Assembly: GCA_045597865.1 (NCBI GenBank)
Contig: JAZLKX010000003.1
Location: 1-20,198, forward strand
DNA: 20,198 nt
Reading direction: 5' to 3'
From: Bacilli bacterium
GTDB taxonomy: Bacteria > Bacillota_I > Bacilli_A > RFN20 > CAG-826
Within the stretch, counting starts at the first letter, position 1. Every line of letters starts with the position of its first letter. This document shows, piece by piece, positions 1 to 8,441 of this stretch. A program made the translations under genes and the position numbers. Below the pieces are notes generated by a model. It did no database searches. It saw only the letters and a program-made list of their open reading frames with translations, and had not been told where the DNA came from.

Positions 1-404
1 GAAAAAAAGATGATATTATTGAGGTATCAGATGGATACGGGAATAATTATTTAATAAAGAATAAGTTGGGTGTTTTATATACTAAAGATAGTAAGAATGT
101 ACTAGATAAACAAATTAATAAAAGAAAAGAAGAAGAAGATAAATTAGTTAGTGACTTAAATGTCATTAAAAGTAAGTTGGAAAATAAAACTATTAAGTTT
201 AAAGTTAAAACCGGAAAAGATGATAAAGTCTTTGGTAATATTTCAACTAAACAAATAAGTGATGAAATAAAGAAAATGGGATATACAATAGATAAAAAGT
301 GTATAAAAACTAGTGGTAATATAGATGCTTTAGGAGTTCATATAGTTGAAATAGAATTACACAAGAAAGTTAAATTTAATATAAATGTTCAATTAAGTAA
401 GTAG
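1..404 (+). CDS. rplI: 50S ribosomal protein L9, 5'-truncated by the window edge
   Basis: The frame is open from base 3 (KKDDIIEVSDGYGNNYLIKNKLG, the L9 N-terminal V.DGY..NYL motif), so the TTG at 66 is not the real start. The C-terminal part has KVFGNISTKQI and LGVHIVEIELHKKV. It lies directly upstream of dnaB. Confidence 0.96.
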   Translation, partial: KKDDIIEVSDGYGNNYLIKNKLGVLYTKDSKNVLDKQINKRKEEEDKLVSDLNVIKSKLENKTIKFKVKTGKDDKVFGNISTKQISDEIKKMGYTIDKKCIKTSGNIDALGVHIVEIELHKKVKFNINVQLSK

Positions 405-411
405 GTGTATT

Positions 412-1875
412 ATGGCAAGACAAATTCCATTTAATAAAGAAGCAGAAATGAGTGTATTAGGATCTGTATTCATTGATAATGCATTAATAGATGATATATC
501 TGAAGAATTAAGACCTGATATGTTTTATGATGAGAAAAATAGATTTATATATGAAGCAATGTTGGAGTTAAGAGATAATAGAACTCCAATTGACGCTGGA
601 ATGATGAAGATTGAACTTGATAAAAAGAAAAGATTAACATCAGTTGGAGGAATCGAGTATATTACTGAAGTAATAGATTCTGTTCTTACTACTGCTAATT
701 TAAAATTTTATATTGATATAATTAAAGAAAATGCAACAAGAAGAAATCTTATTGATACTGCAACTAACATTATTAATGCATCATATGACGATGATGATAT
801 GTCTAATGTATTAAACAATGCAGAAAGAGATATTTTAAATGTAGTAAATACTAGAACAGTAAAAGATTTTACTCCTTTAAATGAAATATTGAGAAAAGCT
901 CAAGCAAAACTAGAAGAATTAGCTAAGAATAAAAAATTAATAACTGGAATTGAAACTGGGTTCTATGACTTTGATAAAATAACTACAGGATTCCAACCAG
1001 GTGAATTAATTATTTTAGCTGCTCGTCCTGCAATGGGTAAAACCGCTTTAGTTTTAAACATGGCTACTTATGCTGCCAAAACTACTGATAAAGCTGTAGC
1101 GGTATTCAATATGGAAATGGGAGCTGAACAATTAGTAAATCGTATTATTTCTGCTGAAGGTGGAATTGATGCATATAAATTGCAAATAGGAAATATGCAA
1201 GAAAAAGACTGGAAAAGATATAATGAAGCAATGAATACACTTGCTGACACTAACTTATATCTAGAAGATAATGTTGGTTTAACTCTTCCTGAAATAAAAG
1301 CTAAATGTAGAAGACTTGCTAATTCAGAAAAAGGTTTAGGATTAGTAGTAATCGACTATTTACAATTAGTTACTACAGGAAATAAAAGGGTAGAATCTAG
1401 ACAAGTAGAAGTATCTGAGATATCAAGATCATTGAAAACGATGGCAATAGAGTTAGGTGTTCCAGTAATAGCATTATCTCAATTATCAAGAAATGCTGAA
1501 AAGAGAGAATCTAATATGCCGATGTTAGCAGACTTAAGAGAATCAGGTTCTATTGAACAAGATGCTGATATTGTTTTGATGCTTTATGAACCAAAAACAA
1601 GTTCTGAAAACCAAGAAAACAAAGATGCAAAACCAAAGAATGTTTTCCAAAAACAAGATGAAAAGGTCAATGAAGCTCAACAAAAAGTTGCAGGTGCTGG
1701 CCCAGATTCAAAACTTGTTACATTATTTGTTCGTAAGAACCGTTCTGGTAAACAAGGCAAAGTCCAATTCTTATTTAGAAAAGACTTCTGCCGTTTTGAC
1801 ACACTCTCTTTAGAGGCTGATCAACAAGTTGAACAACTTGATCAAGAACGTGTTCAATACATGAAAAGAGATTAA
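412..1875 (+). CDS. dnaB: Replicative DNA helicase (DnaB/DnaC family)
   Basis: N-terminal P...EAE.SVLG, Walker A ARPAMGKT, VVIDYLQL, ALSQLSR, DLRESGSIEQDAD and KNRSG. SD-like AGGTG upstream. Confidence 0.98.
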   Translation: MARQIPFNKEAEMSVLGSVFIDNALIDDISEELRPDMFYDEKNRFIYEAMLELRDNRTPIDAGMMKIELDKKKRLTSVGGIEYITEVIDSVLTTANLKFYIDIIKENATRRNLIDTATNIINASYDDDDMSNVLNNAERDILNVVNTRTVKDFTPLNEILRKAQAKLEELAKNKKLITGIETGFYDFDKITTGFQPGELIILAARPAMGKTALVLNMATYAAKTTDKAVAVFNMEMGAEQLVNRIISAEGGIDAYKLQIGNMQEKDWKRYNEAMNTLADTNLYLEDNVGLTLPEIKAKCRRLANSEKGLGLVVIDYLQLVTTGNKRVESRQVEVSEISRSLKTMAIELGVPVIALSQLSRNAEKRESNMPMLADLRESGSIEQDADIVLMLYEPKTSSENQENKDAKPKNVFQKQDEKVNEAQQKVAGAGPDSKLVTLFVRKNRSGKQGKVQFLFRKDFCRFDTLSLEADQQVEQLDQERVQYMKRD

Positions 1876-2621
1876 TGAAGATCTTAGTAATAAAATCAGG
1901 ATCAAAAGGAAACGCGACTCTTATTTATGATGAGGGTCGCCTTCTTTTAATTGATATGGGAATTTGTCTCAGAGATTTAAAAGCAGCATGCAATTCTCTT
2001 GGTAAGAACTTAATTGATATTGAGGCGATGTTGCTTACCCACGAACATAGTGATCATACAGCAGGAATTAAGTATTTAGACCCACTTCCAATCTATTGCA
2101 CAAAAGAAACTTACGACGCTCCAAATGTTGTAGAAATTCTTCCGTATGAGAAGTTCAAAATTGGTCATTTAGAAATAACCCCAGTATCCACTTCTCATGA
2201 TGTTAAAAACCCATTGGGATTTGTGATTAAGAACAAAACCGAAAAGCTCGTTTATCTCACAGATTCTGGGAAAATCCCCGCAAAAACCCTAACAAAATTG
2301 AAAAATGCAGACTATTATGTGTTTGAATCAAACCATGATGAAGAGATGCTCTGGAACACTAATAGACCATACCTTCTAAAACGCAGAATTTTATCTGATA
2401 AAGGACACATGTCTAACACTCAATCCGCAAACTATTTAGTGAAGCTTGTTGGACCAAAAACTAAAGAAATTATTCTTGCTCACTTATCTGAGGAAGCCAA
2501 CTCTCCAAAAGTTTGTCTTGAGACTCATAAAAAGATATTTAAAATTGCAAAAGTATCACTTAAGAATATAAGATTAATATGCGCAAACCAACATGAGATG
2601 GTTGTTGGAGGCAAACAATGA
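1875..2621 (+). CDS. walJ: MBL-fold metallo-hydrolase, WalJ/YycJ/VicX-like
   Basis: SGSKGNA, IDMG, THEHSDH (HxHxDH), SHD, FESNHD, GHMSN and LAHLSEEAN. The start overlaps the dnaB stop (TAATG). Confidence 0.85.
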   Translation: MKILVIKSGSKGNATLIYDEGRLLLIDMGICLRDLKAACNSLGKNLIDIEAMLLTHEHSDHTAGIKYLDPLPIYCTKETYDAPNVVEILPYEKFKIGHLEITPVSTSHDVKNPLGFVIKNKTEKLVYLTDSGKIPAKTLTKLKNADYYVFESNHDEEMLWNTNRPYLLKRRILSDKGHMSNTQSANYLVKLVGPKTKEIILAHLSEEANSPKVCLETHKKIFKIAKVSLKNIRLICANQHEMVVGGKQ

Positions 2622-2950
2622 ATTACGAAGAATTTAAAAACTATAAGGAAATTCCAGACAATAAGTTTGTGAAGAAATTTCAAACAAAAGAAGGCAATGA
2701 GTTTTACATTGAACCAGCATTCTACACACAACTTATGGGGTTAAAAGAGCGTTATCCTGAAAACTACTTAATTGTAGTGGATGAAATTCACAAACAAATT
2801 AATGCCAATAAACATATTGCGTTTGTCTACGATTTTGAAAATCCATTTCTTGATTATGGTGAATGTATTCTAAGAGAGTTCGTAGACATAACGGACGCAG
2901 TTAAAGTCTTCTTTGAAGACAAGTCTCGCGGATCAGATTATGGTGATTAA
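2618..2950 (+). CDS. Hypothetical protein, 110 aa
   Basis: ATGA overlap with the upstream stop and GGAGG upstream. It is followed by a terminator. No family recognised. Confidence 0.75.
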   Translation: MNYEEFKNYKEIPDNKFVKKFQTKEGNEFYIEPAFYTQLMGLKERYPENYLIVVDEIHKQINANKHIAFVYDFENPFLDYGECILREFVDITDAVKVFFEDKSRGSDYGD

Positions 2951-2981
2951 AAAAGCTAGCCGATTGAGCTAGCTTTCTTTT
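2951..2981. terminator. Bidirectional intrinsic terminator
   Basis: AAAGCTAGC-cgattga-GCTAGCTTT flanked by A and T tracts, between convergent genes. Confidence 0.85.
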
Positions 2982-3937
2982 TAGTCTGCGTTAACGTATC
3001 CGGTTCCGTCTGGTCTAAGTGACTTCATTGATAACCACATTACACGGATACCAATTAACATTGGGAAGAGGATGTTTGCGAATCTTGGAAGCAAGAATCC
3101 AAATCCAAGAGCAAGGAGTGATGGAGTAATTGCTGCCCACCAAGACATCTTTTGTGTATGCCACAAATTGAATGATCTGTATGGATTGTTTTTACCTCTG
3201 GTAAGAACCCAAATCATGAAGCCCATGAATAAGGTAATACCAATATTAATTGAGCCCATAATTACGCATGTTTGCCATACGCCTGTGAGTCTTGTGAAAT
3301 TGTATGCATCTCTTATAAAGAGTTTCCAGTTTGCGAATGTGTCATTTAGTCTTGTTGTTGCATCACTTTCTTTGGAAAGTAAATCGTTTACTGATCTGCC
3401 TTCTTCCATATACTTTGCAGCATTTTGACAAACCATATCTTTAATTGATTCTTTTGTTCCAAAATTCACTAGGTGAAGAATAATTCTGTCTTGGTAAATA
3501 AGCATTGTACTTGTTTTTTGATCACCAAGTAAAACTTTAAATTCATCTTCATTTAATTCAGTTCTATAAAAGAAGTTGAAATCAACTGTGGTTCCATCTG
3601 CAAGATAATGTGAATAATTAACTGTTTGTGCAGCACCTGTTGAGTCTTCGCATGAAATGAATTTTGTTCCGTCACTTGCAGTTTTAACGTACATTTTGAG
3701 TCCGCTACTTTCAAGGTGTTCAGTAAATCTTAAAGTTGCAACATCTGCGCCATAGGCGTAGGATGCAAAAACATCATCACCATTTGTTTTCCAAGTTTGA
3801 ACAAACAAAGGAAGAATTGCAAAAATCATAGATAAAAAGAACATAATTGCAGCAAAATACCAAGGTTTTTTGCGACCACCTTCGATACATGCATTGTTGC
3901 TAATTAAGCTCTTAAGAATTAATTTAAATGTTTTCAT
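2981..3937 (-). CDS. Membrane protein (N-terminal TM, extracellular domain, ~3 C-terminal TMs)
   Basis: Hydrophobic segments WYFAAIMFFLSMIFAILPLF and three near the C-terminus. The ATG at 3937 (MKTFKLILKS) is preferred over the TTG at 3958. Confidence 0.8.
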   Translation of the reverse strand: MKTFKLILKSLISNNACIEGGRKKPWYFAAIMFFLSMIFAILPLFVQTWKTNGDDVFASYAYGADVATLRFTEHLESSGLKMYVKTASDGTKFISCEDSTGAAQTVNYSHYLADGTTVDFNFFYRTELNEDEFKVLLGDQKTSTMLIYQDRIILHLVNFGTKESIKDMVCQNAAKYMEEGRSVNDLLSKESDATTRLNDTFANWKLFIRDAYNFTRLTGVWQTCVIMGSINIGITLFMGFMIWVLTRGKNNPYRSFNLWHTQKMSWWAAITPSLLALGFGFLLPRFANILFPMLIGIRVMWLSMKSLRPDGTGYVNAD

Positions 3938-4040
3938 AAGCGAGGTATATAATAACAAACTTTTTTAACAATTAAAATCATAAATTTCTAAAAGAATATT
4001 TATTTCGCTAATTATGTATGATATTATACTTCTCGCAAAT

Positions 4041-4435
4041 GGGGTCGACTTAGTTTCGACAGGGTCGATCGCCTGGCAGTGACTGCAGCTGGCTGGTAAC
4101 CATAAATACCAAAACAAAATAACTGACAACAGTTATATGCGTGCTCCAAGAGCACAATCCCTCTGCTTAGCATAAGCTACTCGACATAGAGACCGACGCA
4201 TAGTTCGCCGGACAGAGCATCCCCTAGAGTTTTATTCCTTTCACGTCTAGGTACGGTGTCATACCAAAAGGATAGGAAGACATAGTTGACTTGCTAAAGT
4301 TCACCGAAATTCAATAAGTCTCGCGAAGATAACTACGATATGCGATGCTTCGTTAAATTACAAATATCGTCTAAGCTGTAGACGTTGCTGTGGGGCCCTC
4401 TCTGGACACGGGTGCAATTCCCGCCGACTCCACCA
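4041..4435 (+). ncRNA. ssrA: tmRNA (transfer-messenger RNA)
   Basis: 5' GGGGTCG pairs with 3' CGACTCC-A-CCA, including the G3.U alanyl determinant. TTCGAC follows the 5' stem. The T-arm is CGGG-TGCAATT-CCCG. The resume context ATAACT-GAC opens a tag ORF at 4125-4175. Confidence 0.95.
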
Positions 4436-4446
4436 ATGAAAATAAT

Positions 4447-4472
4447 ACTCCCAATTTGGGAGTTTTTATTTT
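4447..4472 (+). terminator. Intrinsic terminator of ssrA
   Basis: ACTCCCA-att-TGGGAGT followed by TTTTATTTT, 11 nt after the CCA end. Confidence 0.85.
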
Positions 4473-4501
4473 GCCTCGAATAGTGTAAACTTATTCACAA
4501 T

Positions 4502-5752
4502 ATGAAGAGAAATATTTTATTAGCATTATTAACCGCAACATTATTAGCCTCATGTGAAACTGGTAATGTTTGCAACCATTTAGATGAAAATAAAGATCAT
4601 TTATGCGACAAATGTAACATGATTTTAAGTGAACACAAAGATGAAAATAAAGATCACTATTGTGATTATTGCGAAGATCAATTAAATGATTGTCTTGATG
4701 AAGATTTAGACGGAAAATGCGATATTTGCGGAAAAGATATAGAGCTACCATACGAATACGCAGAATGGCCTGAAAAGGAAATTCAAGACGAAGTAATTGT
4801 TGTTTCGGGCTCCTCAGTTAAAATTCCTGCATACGAAAAAGCAGACGATATCGAAATTAATACTGATGACGAAGTTGATAATGGATACTTCAGTATTTAT
4901 TGTTATACCGAAAACAAAAAATCCGAAAATGAATATAAAGAAATTCTTTTAAATGCTGGCTGGGAAGTTGAATCAGAAAAAGATGCACAAGGTTACATTA
5001 GTGCATATGATCCAAATTATGAAGTATGGATTAACTTTGGTTATTTTGACGAATATTCAGATTTAGAGATTTGTGTAACGCTTTGTTATAAAACAAAATG
5101 GCCAGCAAAAAATATTGCAGATGCAGTTCAATTAATTGCTCCAGGATCAACAACTGTAATTCCTGAATTTGAAGCATACACAACAATTGCTTCATATTAT
5201 GAAGAATTTCGTGCCCTAGCAATCAATGCTTTTGGTTATGCTGAAACAATCGAAAATGATTACAAACAAATTTTAATAGATGCTTCTTGGTCTGTTTCAT
5301 ATAATGATGATTCAAAAGAATGGAACGCCGTCAGCCCAAATAAAGACATTGAAATCCATTTTTATGTCGACGACGAAAAAGGAAACTTTAATGTTGACGT
5401 ATTTAAATACGTAGCACCTGTTGAAGGCTGGCCATATGAAGAAATTGCAAACGTTGTTGAAGAAATGGGTGCAACTGGAGAAGTACCAGCATTCACAGGC
5501 GAGAACACAGGATTTAAAGTTGATACCGACTGGTATCCACCTGCCATTTTCATTTATACAGATAAATCAAAACAAGCTGCAGCAGCTACAGAATACAATT
5601 CATACATTCAATCTTTAGGGTTTGTTTATGTTGGAGACATGTATGGTGATCCAATGTATGCAAAACCAGGAACAACCTTAGCAATCAGAGCTTTAGTAAT
5701 GATGGATGTTCTTGAAATTGAAATGTTCAAACTTGATGAACCAGCAAAATAA
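4502..5752 (+). CDS. Acidic lipoprotein with Cys/His-rich 19-aa repeats and three ~110-aa WP-initiated repeats
   Basis: Lipobox LLAS-C18. Three copies of (H/C)xDExxD(H/G)xCDxC. WP...(I/V)P.(Y/F) at aa 89, 200 and 310. Confidence 0.85.
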   Translation: MKRNILLALLTATLLASCETGNVCNHLDENKDHLCDKCNMILSEHKDENKDHYCDYCEDQLNDCLDEDLDGKCDICGKDIELPYEYAEWPEKEIQDEVIVVSGSSVKIPAYEKADDIEINTDDEVDNGYFSIYCYTENKKSENEYKEILLNAGWEVESEKDAQGYISAYDPNYEVWINFGYFDEYSDLEICVTLCYKTKWPAKNIADAVQLIAPGSTTVIPEFEAYTTIASYYEEFRALAINAFGYAETIENDYKQILIDASWSVSYNDDSKEWNAVSPNKDIEIHFYVDDEKGNFNVDVFKYVAPVEGWPYEEIANVVEEMGATGEVPAFTGENTGFKVDTDWYPPAIFIYTDKSKQAAAATEYNSYIQSLGFVYVGDMYGDPMYAKPGTTLAIRALVMMDVLEIEMFKLDEPAK

Positions 5753-5753
5753 A

Positions 5754-6230
5754 ATGAATATTAAAATTTATTGTATTGGAAAAATTAAAGAACAATATTT
5801 GAAAGACGGAATTGCTGAGTACATTAAACGTCTTTCTCCTTATGCAAAAACTGAAATTATTGAAGTTGCAGATTCAAAGGTTAAAGACAATCCAAACGAG
5901 TTTGATATAAACAAGGCAAAAAATGAAGAAGGCGACCGTGTTTTGAAGCTAATTAAAAACGATTATCTCATCGGTCTTGATCTCAATAAAAAAGAACCAA
6001 CTTCAGAAGGATTCGCAGAGTTTATAGAGCAAAAATTTGTCGAGGGCGGATCCTCAATTTCTTTTGTTATTGGTGGTTCGTACGGACTCTCAGAAAATCT
6101 CAAAAAACGCTGCAATTCCTCAATATCTCTGTCAAAACTCACATATTTACACCAGATGACAAGGCTCATTTTATTGGAGCAAATTTATAGAGCTTTCAAA
6201 ATTTTGAATAACGAAACTTACCATAAGTGA
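5754..6230 (+). CDS. rlmH: 23S rRNA (pseudouridine1915-N3)-methyltransferase RlmH
   Basis: MNIKIYCIGKIKE, FVIGGSYGL, SLSKLTYLHQMTRLILLEQIYRAF and a terminal YHK. The true start is the ATG at 5754, just after the upstream stop. Confidence 0.96.
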   Translation: MNIKIYCIGKIKEQYLKDGIAEYIKRLSPYAKTEIIEVADSKVKDNPNEFDINKAKNEEGDRVLKLIKNDYLIGLDLNKKEPTSEGFAEFIEQKFVEGGSSISFVIGGSYGLSENLKKRCNSSISLSKLTYLHQMTRLILLEQIYRAFKILNNETYHK

Positions 6231-6243
6231 GTATAATAGACTT

Positions 6244-7632
6244 ATGAATATTAAAGGCTTCTTCAAGCAATACAAATCAATTGTCTTCTTTCTAATTTTA
6301 GAAATCATGGCATTGGTTTCTTTCACATTTGCAAACATTAACGAAGTCTTTTATTTAATCACAACAGCATTATCAATTTGTGCCTTTGTTTTTGCATTTT
6401 TTATTAACAACGACAGAAAAGATTTTATTAAGCTAGCGCCAATGGTTGCTGGCTTATTTGTTATTTCTGGAATTGCTGCATTTGGTGGATTCTCACATCA
6501 AGTATCAACGCTAAGCAATATTGCAACGTTCTTTGCACTTCCAGCATTCTTCTCATTAGGTTTCTTTGCTAGAAGATTAGGAAATATGAAGATGGAGAAC
6601 ATTGTTTTTGCCATTGGTTTTGGTTTAGCAGCAATTACATTTGTTGGAACAATTATTACATTAATTCAATACGGACCATTTTACTCAATGATCCACAAAG
6701 CAAAACCAATCTACTTCTATGAAGGCACAGCTTATGATGTAACAACTGAAATGGGCTGGTTGATGGGTTTTAGAATTACTGAAGTTTCAGTTGAATACGG
6801 TGGATTCTTTGCAATTCTTTGTGCTGTATTTTTACCAGCACTTTTATTAATAAAAACAAAAGAAAACAAAAACTTATTTATTTGTTCTGCAGTTATTGGT
6901 GGAGTTGGATTAGTTTCAATTCTTTTAATTCCAAACTGGAGAGCACTAATTTTCTTAGTAATTGCATCAATCTTTGCGTTTGTTTATAAGTTCCTAAAGG
7001 AAAAGAAACTTGTTATTAATATTCTTTCTTTGTGTGTTGTTGTATTTGTGGGGGCTGGAGTTCTCTTCTATTTACTAACAATTATTAATGCAGGAATTGG
7101 ATTTAAATTTCCAGGAATCTTAAATAGATTACTTAGAGATAATTTTGTTATGAGACCTGCTTCGAATACATTAATTGGTGCATTTGCAAAAGATAGTAAT
7201 GGTTTGCCATTTACTTTATTTGGCTTTGACATTAACCATGCTTCTGCACCACTTATTGGAGAGGCTGGATTAAGTGCAATTGTGTATGAACCGACACTAA
7301 TCTTTGAATATGAAATAATCAAAGAAGTTGGATTAATAGGAGCATTCTTAGTATTAGGATTCTTTGCTGCAATGTTTGTTTTTGTGGTTCGCTACATTAG
7401 AGACGCAAAAGATTCAGCATTCTTAAAGAATGTTGTGGTTATGATGCTTGTTGCATTTATGCTTTATGCATCATTTGGTTACAACATTAAAGTTGAACCT
7501 CATCATTTAGGAATCTATGGCGCCTTCTTAAGAAGTGTTCCATTTATGATCGCCTTATTCTTATTTGGTTTCGCTTATTTTGTTCCAAATAAAGAAGAAG
7601 TTGCCGAAAAAGTGGAGGATGTAAGTTTATGA
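6244..7632 (+). CDS. Polytopic membrane protein, possibly O-antigen ligase/Wzy-like
   Basis: About 12 hydrophobic segments. A large loop is followed by EIIKEVGLIG, resembling the E.G..G motif of the Wzy_C/O-antigen ligase family. The family call is tentative. Confidence 0.6.
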   Translation: MNIKGFFKQYKSIVFFLILEIMALVSFTFANINEVFYLITTALSICAFVFAFFINNDRKDFIKLAPMVAGLFVISGIAAFGGFSHQVSTLSNIATFFALPAFFSLGFFARRLGNMKMENIVFAIGFGLAAITFVGTIITLIQYGPFYSMIHKAKPIYFYEGTAYDVTTEMGWLMGFRITEVSVEYGGFFAILCAVFLPALLLIKTKENKNLFICSAVIGGVGLVSILLIPNWRALIFLVIASIFAFVYKFLKEKKLVINILSLCVVVFVGAGVLFYLLTIINAGIGFKFPGILNRLLRDNFVMRPASNTLIGAFAKDSNGLPFTLFGFDINHASAPLIGEAGLSAIVYEPTLIFEYEIIKEVGLIGAFLVLGFFAAMFVFVVRYIRDAKDSAFLKNVVVMMLVAFMLYASFGYNIKVEPHHLGIYGAFLRSVPFMIALFLFGFAYFVPNKEEVAEKVEDVSL

Positions 7633-8441
7633 AAATGAAAAACATTTTACTTCCACTTATAGCAATCACTTTATGTGGTTGCAGTAAGACCGACAAACTT
7701 TATAAGCGCGGCGCTTATGAATCTCCATATTTCTATTCAAATTATTATTTGAAGGAAGATACAAGAAATTTCCAAATTGCTAAAGAAATCGAAGAAACTC
7801 CTTTGGAGTTGCATTCTCACGACGGCTTAAAATATTTACACGCAGAAGATGTAGGTGGATTACAATGGGAATACGCTGAAAAGGAAAATCTTTGGAGCTA
7901 TAACAACAATCTTGCTCTTATAGATGAAGGATTCAAACAAGGTGCTATTTCTAAACTATATGATGGAAGGGTTCGTTGTGAAGGTTTATTCCAAAAGAGC
8001 AGAACCCAATTAGACAAAGTTGGTTTTGCCGCAAAACTTCCTCTTACAATGCAACATTGTGATTACTTTGCATTTTCTTGTAGAGGTGGTACAACTCTTG
8101 AAGAACCATTAATGAAGGAGCTTTCCTTTAACTTTAACATTTGTTTCTACACTCAGAGTGCAGGAGGAATGTATGATAAACACATCTATAATCTAAATGA
8201 TGTTCCAGTAAATACAGATTTCCAATCAAGAACAAATCTTGTTTCATTCTACATTGATCAAAACAAGGTTGATGATAAATTTAGACTTGCAGATACAGTT
8301 GCGTACGAAATTAGATGGGAATGCAACGATCCAACTCTAGCAGAAAACAATTTAACCGATGATAGAACAATAAAAGAAAAAGACCATCTAGCACTTATGC
8401 TTTATGAGGTCTTCTTTGGTAATTCTATTTGGATTAAATAG
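7629..8441 (+). CDS. Lipoprotein of unknown function
   Basis: Signal peptide with lipobox LCG-C, ATGA overlap with the upstream stop, and GGAGG SD. Confidence 0.8.
   Translation: MKMKNILLPLIAITLCGCSKTDKLYKRGAYESPYFYSNYYLKEDTRNFQIAKEIEETPLELHSHDGLKYLHAEDVGGLQWEYAEKENLWSYNNNLALIDEGFKQGAISKLYDGRVRCEGLFQKSRTQLDKVGFAAKLPLTMQHCDYFAFSCRGGTTLEEPLMKELSFNFNICFYTQSAGGMYDKHIYNLNDVPVNTDFQSRTNLVSFYIDQNKVDDKFRLADTVAYEIRWECNDPTLAENNLTDDRTIKEKDHLALMLYEVFFGNSIWIK

Noticed and set aside
1580-1720. Intein in DnaB
   Set aside because: The insertion is only ~35 aa and lacks the N-terminal Cys/Ser and C-terminal His-Asn splice motifs.
5706-5753. 16-aa N-terminal extension of RlmH
   Set aside because: It overlaps the upstream lipoprotein gene, and RlmH similarity begins at the ATG at 5754.
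4400-6260. Integrated element at the ssrA 3' end or at the rlmH 3' end (SCC-type attB)
   Set aside because: I found no duplicated copy of either 3' end and no integrase or Ccr recombinase in the window.
2619-7632. Genetic code 4 (TGA=Trp), given the Mollicutes-like features
   Set aside because: RlmH ends with TGA right after the conserved YHK, ATGA overlaps act as stops, and the long ORFs are intact under code 11.
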